Shown here one piece after another: positions 1 to 10,417 of a stretch of DNA of 64,000 nucleotides. The notes beneath the pieces are model-generated. The model ran no database searches, had not been told where the DNA came from, and saw nothing but the letters and a program-made list of their open reading frames with translations. Origin of the DNA: Prevotella sp. (GTDB lineage: Bacteria > Bacteroidota > Bacteroidia > Bacteroidales > Bacteroidaceae); contig JAFLSE010000004.1 in assembly GCA_022511075.1 (NCBI GenBank), forward strand, positions 38,187-102,186. The letters are read 5' to 3'. The position numbers were made by a program, and so were the translations under genes. The number at the start of each line of letters is the position of its first letter. Positions within the stretch are counted from its first letter, which is position 1.

Positions 1-60
1 ACAAAATCCTGCACACACAATCGATTGTGTGTGCAGGATTTATTGGAATTAATAGATATT

Positions 61-1209
61 TTATTCTTTGACAATTTTCCCTTGCCACAATCTTTGCAGA
101 AATTGCTCCACGGGCCACATCTCTATGCCATTAATCATTCGAGGACGCTCTTCCAAAGAAAGCAGTATGAGCTTAGCCTCTGGGTATTCCTCACCAAAGG
201 CTCGCAGTCCTTTGGTGTCGCCTAAAGAAACGGAAGCCGTCGACTTTATTTCAATGCCTATTTCCGCTTCACCAATAACGGCATCCACCTCGTACCTGTT
301 ATCTGAAGTGTGCCAATAAGTCAGTGTCTTGACAGGCATGCGATATGCCAAATATGCCCGTAGTTCTTGAATGACAAAATGCTCTAAAGCATGACCGTAT
401 ATGTCCGTGCCATGTCGGAGCGGTGTACGACGTAGCAGATGATTGGGAATAGCCACATCGAAATAGTAGAACTTTGGCGAAACCGACACTCGTCGTTTAA
501 TCACCTTTGTATATGCAGGAAGGAAAAAGCCGAGCATGGTTTCTTCAAGAATGGTAAAATATTCCTTAACCGACTTTGCCGACACTCCGCAATCTTGTGC
601 GATATTAGTATAGTTTACGATTTCGGCATTACTCAAAGCCGCAATTTGCAGGAAACGTGTAAAAGATTCCAGCTGGCGCACTATAGACTCCTCCACAATC
701 TCCTGCTGCAAGTAGTCGCCTATGTAGGCTTGAATCCTGCTTGTAGGGTTTTCTACAAGATAATGGCGTGGCAACATTCCATTGTTGAGCGCCCTGTTCA
801 GATTAAACTCTGGTATCTCGGCACTGACCAATGGGAACAAGGTACGGCGCAGGGCACGCCCTCCCAAAAGATTGGCTCCGCTGCGTCGTAGTTTGCGGGC
901 ACTTGAGCCACTAAGAATAAAACGCAAGCCCTTATTCTCTATGAGCCAATGAACCTCGTCAAGCAGAGCCGGAACTTTCTGCACCTCATCTATAATGACA
1001 AGTTCGCCATCGTCCAACATCATACATTCCTCACGCAATTGCGAAGGACGTATCTGCAACATCATGCGCAAGTCGGACTTTAGTAAATCATAGTAACGCG
1101 CGTTAGGAAAAAGGGCTTTCAACAAAGTGCTTTTCCCTGTCTGGCGCGAACCCCACAAAAAAAGACTGTCGTCCCTTGCCTCCTCAAGTTTCAATATACG
1201 CTCTAACAT
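61..1209 (-). CDS. AAA+ ATPase, AAA_14/DUF4143 family, with C-terminal PD-(D/E)xK-like motif
   Basis: Walker A GSRQTGKS, Walker B IIDEVQ, SGSS motif, C-terminal EVDAV...EIKS. Start moved from 1287 to MLERIL at 1209, downstream of the -7 box. Confidence 0.85.
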   Translation of the reverse strand: MLERILKLEEARDDSLFLWGSRQTGKSTLLKALFPNARYYDLLKSDLRMMLQIRPSQLREECMMLDDGELVIIDEVQKVPALLDEVHWLIENKGLRFILSGSSARKLRRSGANLLGGRALRRTLFPLVSAEIPEFNLNRALNNGMLPRHYLVENPTSRIQAYIGDYLQQEIVEESIVRQLESFTRFLQIAALSNAEIVNYTNIAQDCGVSAKSVKEYFTILEETMLGFFLPAYTKVIKRRVSVSPKFYYFDVAIPNHLLRRTPLRHGTDIYGHALEHFVIQELRAYLAYRMPVKTLTYWHTSDNRYEVDAVIGEAEIGIEIKSTASVSLGDTKGLRAFGEEYPEAKLILLSLEERPRMINGIEMWPVEQFLQRLWQGKIVKE

Positions 1210-1228
1210 ATATAATATATTTATGCTG

Positions 1229-1325
1229 CAAAGGTACAAAAGAAAATAGAAACCTGCAAATAAAACGACGAAAATCCGAAGTGACACTTCGGATTTTCAC
1301 TGATTTTCTGAAGTAGCACTTCAGA
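1229..1325 (-). promoter_or_regulatory. Bacteroidetes sigma-A promoter plus twin palindromic operator-like sites
   Basis: Minus-strand TTTG (1260-1257)-N20-TACCTTTG (1236-1229). Palindromes GAAAATCCGAAGT-gac-ACTTCGGATTTTC (1270-1298) and TCTGAAGT-agc-ACTTCAGA (1307-1325). Confidence 0.7.
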
Positions 1326-1379
1326 TTTTTACTATCTTAGACAATTTAGGATATATATCAAAACTTTCAAAAAAGATGC

Positions 1380-2534
1380 TTAAAGCACCTTCTTGTAAAG
1401 TTCGCGAATGTCCTCTATGGTTACATCGCGCGGGTTGCCCGGCGTGCAGACATCGGTAATTGCCTGTTGTGCAAGCGCCTCAATGTCGGTTTCCTTTATG
1501 CCAAGGTCTGTGAGGTGCTGTGGAATGCCAACCTTTATTGCCAATGCCTTCACAGCATCGCAGGCAGCCTGTGCAGCTTCCTCAGCACTCATACCTGTAG
1601 TATCAACACCCATAGTGCGTGCTATAACGCCATACTTCTCTATGCAGCAAGGCTTGTTCCACTCCATTATCGTTGGCAACAGCAATGCGTTGGCAACTCC
1701 GTGAGGAACATCGAACAAACTGCCCATTGGGTGAGCCATACCGTGAACGAGTCCAAGACCAACGTTTGAGAAAGCCTGTGCAGCAATATATTGTGCAAGA
1801 GCCATACCCTCGCGTGCAGCTTCGTTTGAAGGCTCTTCCACGGCTGTTGGCAGATTCTCGGCAATCATCTTTATAGCCTGCAACTCATACATGTCGCTCA
1901 TTACCCAAGCACCACGGGTGATATAGCCCTCGATGGCGTGTGTGAGAGCATCCATACCTGTTGCTGCGGTGAGTCCCTTCGGCAGAGAGTACATCAATTC
2001 TGGGTCTACGATTGCTACGGCAGGAATGTCGTTAGGGTCTACGCACACCATCTTTGCCTGACGATCCTCGTCAATGATAACATAGTTGATAGTTACCTCA
2101 GCACCTGTGCCGGCTGTTGTTGGCAGTGCTATGATAGGCACACTCTTGTGCTTTGTAGGAGCAACACCCTCAAGGCTCACAACATCTGCAAATTCAGGAT
2201 TGTTTGTAACAATACCAATACCCTTTGCTGTGTCCATAGGAGAGCCACCACCGATGGCAATGATGCAGTCGGCACCCGATGCCTTGAAAGCCTCAACACC
2301 CTGCTTAACGTTTGTCACTGTCGGGTTTGGCTTTACTTCGCTGTATATCTCGTATGGGAAGCCTGCCTCATCAAGCACGTCGGTCACCATCTTCACAGTA
2401 CCTACCTTTATCAGTCCCTTATCTGTTGTTACGAGGGCTTTCTTCAATCCCATGCGTTCAATCACTTCCGGCAACTGCTTGCGAGCACCGGCACCGAAAT
2501 ACGAAACTTCGTTCAGAATAAATCTGTTTACCAT
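1380..2534 (-). CDS. fucO: Lactaldehyde reductase (iron-containing alcohol dehydrogenase)
   Basis: MVNRFILNEVSYFG N-terminus, GGGSPMD, PTTAGTGAE, and HAIE/HGMAHP/HG metal ligands typical of FucO. Confidence 0.9.
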   Translation of the reverse strand: MVNRFILNEVSYFGAGARKQLPEVIERMGLKKALVTTDKGLIKVGTVKMVTDVLDEAGFPYEIYSEVKPNPTVTNVKQGVEAFKASGADCIIAIGGGSPMDTAKGIGIVTNNPEFADVVSLEGVAPTKHKSVPIIALPTTAGTGAEVTINYVIIDEDRQAKMVCVDPNDIPAVAIVDPELMYSLPKGLTAATGMDALTHAIEGYITRGAWVMSDMYELQAIKMIAENLPTAVEEPSNEAAREGMALAQYIAAQAFSNVGLGLVHGMAHPMGSLFDVPHGVANALLLPTIMEWNKPCCIEKYGVIARTMGVDTTGMSAEEAAQAACDAVKALAIKVGIPQHLTDLGIKETDIEALAQQAITDVCTPGNPRDVTIEDIRELYKKVL

Positions 2535-2565
2535 TGTGTCTTTAAGTTTTTGGTTAATAATTAAG

Positions 2566-2802
2566 TTATTGCTTTATCTTTTCAAAATACATTTTCTTAG
2601 TAATACCAAGATTACGAAGCGTATTCTGAACAATAAACTCTGGAATTGGGTCGATGTGCGTTTGCAACACTATCGGACGTGTCAATCCTTCCTTTGTCCA
2701 CACTTCATGTCCTCCCTCCGTCCTCACACGATTGCACCCGATTTCAAACAGGAACGTCCTAAAATCCTTTAATGAGATATTACTCAGTTTCTGTCTGTTC
2801 AT
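2566..2802 (-). CDS. hicA: HicA-family toxin (mRNA interferase)
   Basis: 78 aa, basic, GGHE motif with catalytic His, overlaps the upstream gene by ATGA. Confidence 0.75.
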   Translation of the reverse strand: MNRQKLSNISLKDFRTFLFEIGCNRVRTEGGHEVWTKEGLTRPIVLQTHIDPIPEFIVQNTLRNLGITKKMYFEKIKQ

Positions 2803-3158
2803 ACGGCAGGCAAGGATACGTTAAGCAACGTTGAATATTTGAAGAAATCATTGTCGTCTACCATCTTGGCAAAGTTCTTGTTCTTCTTAACAAGATCTTG
2901 AAAACAATTAGTAGACTCTTCCCCTTTCTGTTTCCAGCCATATTTTGTAAGGTCTGCATCCAAAACATTGTTTGACATACCGTAAGTGAAGTATTCATTT
3001 AGGCAAAAATCCAACGAACCTCTTGCCTCAGCCTCGGTCTGCCCATATCCCGACAAATCCAAAGAGGGACAATATGCTATGTAAGAGCCGTCGTTAATAA
3101 AAACATACACTCCGACACATACAGTTATCTTGTCTTTCTGCACTTTTATATTATCCAT
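2799..3158 (-). CDS. hicB: HicB-like antitoxin
   Basis: YIAYCPSLDLSGYGQTEAEA partial RNase H fold motif; coupled to hicA; -7 box TATCTTTG at 3194-3187. Confidence 0.65.
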   Translation of the reverse strand: MDNIKVQKDKITVCVGVYVFINDGSYIAYCPSLDLSGYGQTEAEARGSLDFCLNEYFTYGMSNNVLDADLTKYGWKQKGEESTNCFQDLVKKNKNFAKMVDDNDFFKYSTLLNVSLPAV

Positions 3159-3301
3159 AATTCTATTTCGTTTTGCTTTTTGTTTGCAAAGATAAGCCTT
3201 TTTTTCGTAAACAAGAACCCATATAAATTAATTTATGTTAATAAATTTTGCCCTGCACTAAAAAAGCCTTACCTTTGTTTTAAATTAGATGTAATATATA
3301 T

Positions 3302-4180
3302 ATGCACAAAGCAGGATTTGTAAATATTGTAGGCAATCCCAACGTGGGCAAATCCACACTGATGAACCAGCTTGTGGGCGAACGTATAAGCATAGCCACG
3401 TTCAAGGCGCAGACCACACGCCATAGGATAATGGGCATAGTGAACACCGACGAGATGCAGATAGTGTTCTCCGACACCCCAGGCGTGCTGAAGCCAAACT
3501 ACAAGCTGCAGGAGTCGATGCTGGCATTCTCAGAATCAGCATTAGCAGACGCTGATGTGCTGCTCTATGTCACCGACGTTGTTGAGAACCCAGAGAAGAA
3601 TATGGACTTTCTCGAAAAGGTGCAGAAGATGACGATACCAGTGCTGCTGCTAATCAACAAGATAGACGAGAGCGACCAGAAGAAACTCGGCGACATTGTG
3701 GAAAAATGGCACACACTGCTGCCCACGGCAGAGATACTGCCAATATCGGCAAAGAACAAGTTCGGTGTGGATATACTCCTGAAACGCATAAAGGAACTGC
3801 TGCCCGACAGCCCTCCGTATTTTGATAAGGAGCAGCTTACCGACAAACCTGCACGCTTCTTCGTGAGCGAGATAATACGCGAGAAAATACTGCTCTACTA
3901 CGACAAGGAAATACCATACTCCGTGGAGGTGGGCGTAGAGAGTTTCAAGGAAAACGACAAGCGAATACACATAAACGCAGTGATATATGTGGAGCGCGAA
4001 TCGCAGAAGGGCATCATCATAGGCCATCAGGGAGTGGCACTGAAAAAGGTGAGCACAGAGAGCCGCAAGGCATTGGAAAAGTTCTTCGGAAAGAGCATCT
4101 TCCTTGAGGTGTTCGTGAAGGTAGACAAGGACTGGCGCAGTTCAGAGCGAGAACTCGACAGTTTTGGGTATAATCCGTAA
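3302..4180 (+). CDS. era: GTPase Era
   Basis: [20 protein letters not shown] and KH domain; promoter TTTG (3247)-N19-TACCTTTG (3270). Confidence 0.97.
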   Translation: MHKAGFVNIVGNPNVGKSTLMNQLVGERISIATFKAQTTRHRIMGIVNTDEMQIVFSDTPGVLKPNYKLQESMLAFSESALADADVLLYVTDVVENPEKNMDFLEKVQKMTIPVLLLINKIDESDQKKLGDIVEKWHTLLPTAEILPISAKNKFGVDILLKRIKELLPDSPPYFDKEQLTDKPARFFVSEIIREKILLYYDKEIPYSVEVGVESFKENDKRIHINAVIYVERESQKGIIIGHQGVALKKVSTESRKALEKFFGKSIFLEVFVKVDKDWRSSERELDSFGYNP

Positions 4181-4227
4181 GTGATTCGGATATAATCCGC
4201 AAAAAGAAAGAAAACAATCAAACAGAA

Positions 4228-5541
4228 ATGGGAAATTTAGTAGCAATCGTGGGGCGACCCAACGTGGGCAAGTCCACACTTTTTAACCGTCTTACAAAGA
4301 CCCGTCATGCCATTGTTAGCGACGAGGCTGGAACAACACGCGACCGCCAATATGGCAAGTGCGAATGGAACGGCAAGGAATTCTCCGTAGTAGACACCGG
4401 CGGCTGGGTAGTAAACTCCGACGATATTTTTGAGGAAGAGATACGCAAGCAAGTGATAATAGCAACCGAAGAGGCTGACCTGATATTGTTCCTTGTGGAC
4501 GTGATGAACGGCGTAACCGACCTTGACTCTGACGTTGCGCAGATTCTGCGACGCACAAAGCGCCCCGTGATTCTCGTGGCAAACAAGACCGACAATAACG
4601 AACAGCAATACTATGCCGCCGAGTTCTATAAATTGGGATTGGGCGAGCCTTTCTGCGTTAGTGCAGCCACAGGAAGCGGCACAGGCGACCTGCTCGACGA
4701 GGTAATGTCGAAACTAAACACCACGGAGAGCGAGGACATAGAAGACGGCACACCACGCATTGCCGTTGTTGGACGACCAAACGCAGGAAAGAGCAGCATT
4801 GTAAACGCTTTCATCGGAGAAGACCGCAACATTGTGACCGAGATTGCAGGCACTACGCGCGACAGCATATATACAAAGTACGACAAGTTCGGCTTCGACT
4901 TCTATCTTGTGGACACGGCAGGAATACGCCGCAAGAACAAGGTGAGCGAGGATTTGGAGTTTTACAGCGTGATGCGTGCCATACGTGCCATAGAGAACTC
5001 TGACGTGTGTATTCTCATGATTGACGCAACACGTGGCATAGAGGCGCAGGATATGAACATCTTCCAATTGATTCAGAAGAACAACAAATCGTTGGTGGTA
5101 GTAGTGAACAAGTGGGATCTTGTGGAAGACAAGAGCCAAGAGGTTATAAAGACATTCGAGAATGCCATTCACAACCGCATGGCACCTTTCGTAGACTTCC
5201 CTATCATCTTTGCATCGGCACTCACGAAGCAACGCATTTTCAAAGTACTGGAAACGGCAAAGCAGGTATATCTCAACCGCACAATGAGGATTGGCACCAA
5301 CAAACTGAACGAGACTATGCTGCCGCTCATAGAGGCATATCCGCCACCATCGGTGAAAGGCAAGTTCATAAAGATAAAGTATTGTTCGCAACTACCCAAC
5401 ACGCAAATACCGTCGTTCGTGTTCTATGCCAACCTGCCACAATACATAAAAGAGCCGTACCGCAGATTCCTTGAGAACAAGATTCGCGACAACTGGACGC
5501 TCACGGGCTGCCCCATAAACATATTCATAAGGCAGAAATAA
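4228..5541 (+). CDS. der: Ribosome biogenesis GTPase Der (EngA)
   Basis: Two tandem G domains ([16 protein letters not shown]) and a C-terminal KH-like domain. Confidence 0.97.
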   Translation: MGNLVAIVGRPNVGKSTLFNRLTKTRHAIVSDEAGTTRDRQYGKCEWNGKEFSVVDTGGWVVNSDDIFEEEIRKQVIIATEEADLILFLVDVMNGVTDLDSDVAQILRRTKRPVILVANKTDNNEQQYYAAEFYKLGLGEPFCVSAATGSGTGDLLDEVMSKLNTTESEDIEDGTPRIAVVGRPNAGKSSIVNAFIGEDRNIVTEIAGTTRDSIYTKYDKFGFDFYLVDTAGIRRKNKVSEDLEFYSVMRAIRAIENSDVCILMIDATRGIEAQDMNIFQLIQKNNKSLVVVVNKWDLVEDKSQEVIKTFENAIHNRMAPFVDFPIIFASALTKQRIFKVLETAKQVYLNRTMRIGTNKLNETMLPLIEAYPPPSVKGKFIKIKYCSQLPNTQIPSFVFYANLPQYIKEPYRRFLENKIRDNWTLTGCPINIFIRQK

Positions 5542-5552
5542 GGGCTGACGGT

Positions 5553-5948
5553 ATGCGCAAGACCATAGGCACACTCGTTGCGACATTGCTGCTTATTGTG
5601 CTTTCGTGCGGCAACAATCCCACGAAGGAACAACTTGCGGCAATGGCGGCACAAGGCTACTACCAGCATCTGCAACAAGGCGACATAGACAACTACCTTG
5701 CCGGCGTGGCAGGCTACGACAGCCTGCCCGAAGGCTACAAGTCGGAACTAAAGGTGAATATGAAGATGTTCCTTGCCCGACAAAAGGCGGAACACGGTGA
5801 TATCACAGCCGTGGAGACAAGCAACGCCAAAGCCGACAGCACACTGAACGTGGTCTATGCCCTTCTGAATATTCAGTTTGCCGACAGCACACGCGAGGAA
5901 ATAAGTGTGCCGATGGTGGAGCGTCAAGGTAGATGGGTAATGAAATAA
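5553..5948 (+). CDS. Small lipoprotein, possibly NTF2-like/DUF4878-like
   Basis: Signal peptide ending VLSC; C-terminal VPMVERQGRWVMK; follows der as in other Bacteroidales. Confidence 0.55.
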   Translation: MRKTIGTLVATLLLIVLSCGNNPTKEQLAAMAAQGYYQHLQQGDIDNYLAGVAGYDSLPEGYKSELKVNMKMFLARQKAEHGDITAVETSNAKADSTLNVVYALLNIQFADSTREEISVPMVERQGRWVMK

Positions 5949-5951
5949 AGT

Positions 5952-6719
5952 CTATTTCAGCCTCTCCATTTCGTGTTTCTTCAATCGCTTCAGCAGGTCG
6001 CTGGCAAAGATAAACTCGGTAAGTTTCTCGTTAGTGCTTGTCATAACCTCGGAGCTCACTCCCTGCCATTCCTTTTCTCCCTGATAGATAAACAAAATGT
6101 TCTCACCAATGCCCATCACCGAGTTCATGTCGTGGGTATTGATGATTGTGGTTATCCCAAACTCGTGTGTTATACTATGCAACAGGGCGTCTATCACAAG
6201 CGATGTCTTAGGGTCGAGTCCTGAGTTTGGCTCGTCGCAGAACAGGTACTTTGGATTGAGTGCTATAGCGCGGGCTATTGCCACGCGCTTCTGCATACCT
6301 CCCGAAATCTCACCGGGATACTTTGCTTCCGCCCCGGTCAGGTTTACTATGTCAAGGCAATACTGCGCACGTTTCACACGGTCGGCAGTATTCATGTCGG
6401 AGAACATATCGAGTGGAAACATTACATTCTCGAGCACCGTGAGCGAGTCGAACAGTGCCGCACTCTGGAATATCATTCCCATCTCCCTGCGCAGCATTAT
6501 CTTCTCCTTCTTCGTCATGGCAACGAAGTTGCGCCCGTCGTAGAGCACATTGCCACTCGTAGGCTCAAGCAAACCTACAAGATTTTTCATCAGCACTGTC
6601 TTTCCCGAACCGCTCTGACCTATTATAAGATTGGTCTTGCCGCTGTCGAATACAATGCTTATATCCTTCAATACCTGTTTGTCGTCGAACGACTTGCAAA
6701 GATTCTGTATCTCTATCAT
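5952..6719 (-). CDS. mlaF: ABC transporter ATP-binding protein, MlaF/Ttg2A type
   Basis: GQSGSGKT, ISGGMQKR, CDEP; start set at MIEIQNL (6719), overlapping the mlaE stop. Confidence 0.85.
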   Translation of the reverse strand: MIEIQNLCKSFDDKQVLKDISIVFDSGKTNLIIGQSGSGKTVLMKNLVGLLEPTSGNVLYDGRNFVAMTKKEKIMLRREMGMIFQSAALFDSLTVLENVMFPLDMFSDMNTADRVKRAQYCLDIVNLTGAEAKYPGEISGGMQKRVAIARAIALNPKYLFCDEPNSGLDPKTSLVIDALLHSITHEFGITTIINTHDMNSVMGIGENILFIYQGEKEWQGVSSEVMTSTNEKLTEFIFASDLLKRLKKHEMERLK

Positions 6720-7462
6720 GACAATAACTGTGTTAGGAATACGTCGGAGCAAAGTATCAGTACGCTGCTGCTAACAACAGCATCGGTACTCGCCTTGCCC
6801 ACATTTACCGAGCCGCCCTCAACGGTGTAACCAAAATATGACGACACACTCGCTATGATGAATGCAAAGAATGTGCTCTTTATGATACTCATCCACACAA
6901 ACCACGTGTTAAACGAGTGCTGCAATCCCAAAGTAAGGTCTTCGGGCGACAACACGTGCCCGATGTATGCCGTGGCGTATGCTCCGAGAATACCAGTAGC
7001 CGAAGAGAATATCACGAGAAACGGCATCAGCGTTATCATGCCCATTATCTTTGGCAGTATAAGGTAGCAAGCCGAGTTGACACCCATAATGTCGAGTGCA
7101 TCTATCTGCTGCGTCACCCTCATCGTACCAATCTCCGATGCGATGTTTGAGCCTACCTTTCCTGCAAGGATAAGACACATTATGCTCGACGAGAACTCAA
7201 GCAGCAATATCTCACGTGTGGTGTAGCCTGTCACCCATCGCGGCATCCACGGACTTTGTATGTTAAGTTTCATCTGTATGCAGATAACCGCTCCTATGAA
7301 AAACGAAATAAGGAGCACAATGCCAATTGAGTTGACACCAAGCTGCGCCATTTCCTTGACATATTCCTTGCCGAACATACGCATTCTCTCAGGGCGCGAG
7401 AAAGTCCTTCCCATAAGTATCAGGTAGCGCCCCAGCGTATTCAACCATCTAAATATCAACAT
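6716..7462 (-). CDS. mlaE: MlaE-family ABC transporter permease
   Basis: GSNIASEIGTMRVTQQIDALDIMG signature. Confidence 0.9.
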   Translation of the reverse strand: MLIFRWLNTLGRYLILMGRTFSRPERMRMFGKEYVKEMAQLGVNSIGIVLLISFFIGAVICIQMKLNIQSPWMPRWVTGYTTREILLLEFSSSIMCLILAGKVGSNIASEIGTMRVTQQIDALDIMGVNSACYLILPKIMGMITLMPFLVIFSSATGILGAYATAYIGHVLSPEDLTLGLQHSFNTWFVWMSIIKSTFFAFIIASVSSYFGYTVEGGSVNVGKASTDAVVSSSVLILCSDVFLTQLLS

Positions 7463-7619
7463 AACATTTTTCCAAAATTATTTGGCAAAGGTACAGCAAA
7501 AAATCGAGTAAGCGAATAAAATACAAGAAAGTTAACCTTTTTTCATATTTACAAAGACGATATTCTTATTTAAAATCATTAATTTTGCAGCCAAAGAAAT
7601 AAAAATGTACATTTAGTTT

Positions 7620-9683
7620 ATGGAAGAAAAGAAATACAAGAGAACCACCGTCACGGCAGCATTGCCATACGCCAACGGTGGCATTCACATTGGACACTTG
7701 GCTGGAGTATATGTACCAGCAGACATATATGTGCGCTATTTGCGACTGAAAAAGCAAGAGGTGATGTTCATTGGCGGAAGCGACGAGCATGGAGTGCCAA
7801 TAACCATAAGGGCGAAGAAGGAGGGCATAACGCCCCAGGATGTGGTTGACCGCTATCACAACATGATAAAAGACTCGTTTGAGCAGTTCGGAATATCCTT
7901 TGATATATACAGCCGCACTACGAGCGACATTCATCATAAATTCGCCGCCGATTTCTTCAGAAAACTCTACGACGACGGCAAGTTGGTGGAGAAGACCACA
8001 AAGCAATATTACGACGAGGAAGCAAAGCAATTCCTTGCAGACCGATATATCACGGGCGAATGTCCTCACTGCCACAGCGAGGGCGCATACGGCGACCAAT
8101 GCGAGAAATGCGGACGCGACCTCGACCCCACGGAACTTATCAATCCGAAATCTACCATAAGCGGCTCAGCTCCCGTGCTTACGGAAACAAAGAACTGGTA
8201 TTTGCCGCTCAACGACTATCAGAAATGGTTGTCGGAGTGGATAATGGAAGGACACAAGGAGTGGCGACCAAATGTATACGGACAGTGCAAGAGCTGGCTC
8301 GACATGGACTTGCAGCCCCGTGCAATGACTCGCGACCTCGACTGGGGCATACCCGTGCCAGTGGAAGGTGCAGAGGGCAAGGTGCTCTATGTATGGTTTG
8401 ATGCCCCAATAGGATATATCAGCAACACAAAGGAACTTTGCGATGCCAATGCAGAGAAATGGGGCAGTTGGGAGAAATGGTGGAAGGACGACAGTTCGCG
8501 CCTCATTCACTTCATAGGCAAGGACAACATCGTGTTCCACTGCATTGTGTTCCCTGCAATGCTCAAGGCTCACGGAGGCTATATCCTGCCCGACAACGTG
8601 CCTTCAAACGAGTTCCTCAATCTTGAGGACGACAAGATTTCAACATCGCGCAACTGGGCTGTATGGTTGCACGAATATCTCGTAGATATGCCTGGCAAGC
8701 AAGATGTTCTGCGCTATGTGCTGACTGCCAATGCCCCACAGACAAAAGACAACAACTTCACTTGGAAAGACTTTCAGGAGCGCAACAACAACGAACTTGT
8801 AGCGATATACGGCAACTTCGTAAACCGCGCCCTGCAACTCACGAAGAAATACTGGAACGGCGTTGTGCCAGAGTGTGGCGAACTTACCGATGTTGACAAG
8901 AAAGCATTGGAAGAATTCAAGAACGTAAAGAAGAACGTGGAGGATTTGCTCGATGTGTTCAAGTTCCGCGAGGCGCAGGCAGAGGCAATGGAACTGGCAC
9001 GCATAGGCAACCGCTACATCACCGAGTGTGAGCCGTGGAAGGTGTGGAAGACCGACCCGAAGCGTGTGGAAACGATACTCTACATATCACTGCAACTCGT
9101 GGCAAACCTTGCGATAGCATTTGAGCCATTCCTGCCGTTCAGCAGTGCAAAGTTGCGCAAACTCATAAACATAACGGAATTTGACTGGAACGAGCTCGGC
9201 TCTACTAATCTCCTGCCGGCAGGACACCAATTGGCAGAGCCTGAACTGCTGTTTGAAAAATTGGAAGACGAGGTAATAGAAAAGCAGCTGCAAAAGCTTG
9301 AGGACACGAAGAAAGCCAACGAGGCAGCAGCTTACAAGGCAGAGCCGATAAAGGAGACAATAGACTTCAGCGACTTTGAGAAACTCGACATACGCGTAGG
9401 GCACGTTAAGCATTGCGAAAAGGTTAAGAAAGCCAACAAACTGCTGAAGTTCACCATTGACGACGGTACGGGTACTGACCGCACCATTGTGAGCGGCATT
9501 GCAAAGTTCTACCAACCAGAGGAACTGATAGGCAAGGACGTGCTTTTCATTGCCAATCTTGCACCACGCAAGATGATGGGCATTGAGAGTCAGGGCATGA
9601 TATTGTCTGCCGAGAATTTCGACGGCAATCTCAGCGTAACTTCCATACTGCGCGAGGTGAAGCCCGGAAGCAGGGTTTGTTAA
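7620..9683 (+). CDS. metG: Methionine--tRNA ligase
   Basis: [11 protein letters not shown], Zn knuckle, KISTS, C-terminal tRNA-binding OB domain. Confidence 0.98.
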   Translation: MEEKKYKRTTVTAALPYANGGIHIGHLAGVYVPADIYVRYLRLKKQEVMFIGGSDEHGVPITIRAKKEGITPQDVVDRYHNMIKDSFEQFGISFDIYSRTTSDIHHKFAADFFRKLYDDGKLVEKTTKQYYDEEAKQFLADRYITGECPHCHSEGAYGDQCEKCGRDLDPTELINPKSTISGSAPVLTETKNWYLPLNDYQKWLSEWIMEGHKEWRPNVYGQCKSWLDMDLQPRAMTRDLDWGIPVPVEGAEGKVLYVWFDAPIGYISNTKELCDANAEKWGSWEKWWKDDSSRLIHFIGKDNIVFHCIVFPAMLKAHGGYILPDNVPSNEFLNLEDDKISTSRNWAVWLHEYLVDMPGKQDVLRYVLTANAPQTKDNNFTWKDFQERNNNELVAIYGNFVNRALQLTKKYWNGVVPECGELTDVDKKALEEFKNVKKNVEDLLDVFKFREAQAEAMELARIGNRYITECEPWKVWKTDPKRVETILYISLQLVANLAIAFEPFLPFSSAKLRKLINITEFDWNELGSTNLLPAGHQLAEPELLFEKLEDEVIEKQLQKLEDTKKANEAAAYKAEPIKETIDFSDFEKLDIRVGHVKHCEKVKKANKLLKFTIDDGTGTDRTIVSGIAKFYQPEELIGKDVLFIANLAPRKMMGIESQGMILSAENFDGNLSVTSILREVKPGSRVC

Positions 9684-9700
9684 ACCAAAAACGTGTCGAG

Positions 9701-10417
9701 ATGAACTATGCTTTGATTATAGCAGGGGGTAGCGGAAACCGAATGGGGCAGGACATTCCAAAGCAGTTTATGCATGTGGAAAAATGCCCAATTATAATCC
9801 ATACCCTTATGGCTTTTCAAAAACACCCCGACATAGACGGCATCGCCGTAGTGTGTCTGGAAGGTTGGGAAACAGTCGTAAAGTCATACGCCAACCAATT
9901 CTTGATAAGCAAACTGAAATGGATTTTCCCGGGTGGTGCCACAGGCATGGAATCGATACGTAACGGGATATATGGATTGCGTGACTCTGGAGTAGAAAAA
10001 GATGACTTAGTGTTGATACACGATGCCGTTCGTCCGCTTGTTTCGCAAGACATAATATCAAGCAATATTGCTGTGTGCAAGAAATATGGCAATGCCGTTA
10101 CAGGCATAAAGTGCCGCGAAGCCATATTGGAAAGCGAAGACGGCTTCTCAACCTCCACAAGCATCATGCGCGACAAACTTATACGAACACAAACACCCCA
10201 GACATTCACCTTGGGAGATATCATCACTTCCCACGAAGAAGCTGCTTTGAAAGGCATCAAAGACAGTGTGGCTACATGCACGCTAATGGCAGAACTTGGC
10301 GGTAGGGAAATGCATATTGTGGCAGGCTCAGAGAAGAATATAAAGATAACGACGGTAGAAGACTTGGAAATTCTTAAGGCTTTGATGAATACGAAAAGTG
10401 ACGAATGGCTGAAATAA
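9701..10417 (+). CDS. IspD/TarI-family cytidylyltransferase (CDP-alditol synthase-like)
   Basis: IIAGGSGNRMG..PKQF, IHDAVRP, QTPQTF, NIKITT; start at MNYALII. Confidence 0.8.
   Translation: MNYALIIAGGSGNRMGQDIPKQFMHVEKCPIIIHTLMAFQKHPDIDGIAVVCLEGWETVVKSYANQFLISKLKWIFPGGATGMESIRNGIYGLRDSGVEKDDLVLIHDAVRPLVSQDIISSNIAVCKKYGNAVTGIKCREAILESEDGFSTSTSIMRDKLIRTQTPQTFTLGDIITSHEEAALKGIKDSVATCTLMAELGGREMHIVAGSEKNIKITTVEDLEILKALMNTKSDEWLK

Noticed and set aside
5952-7462. mlaEF lacking an adjacent mlaD
   Set aside because: A split arrangement is common in Bacteroidetes.
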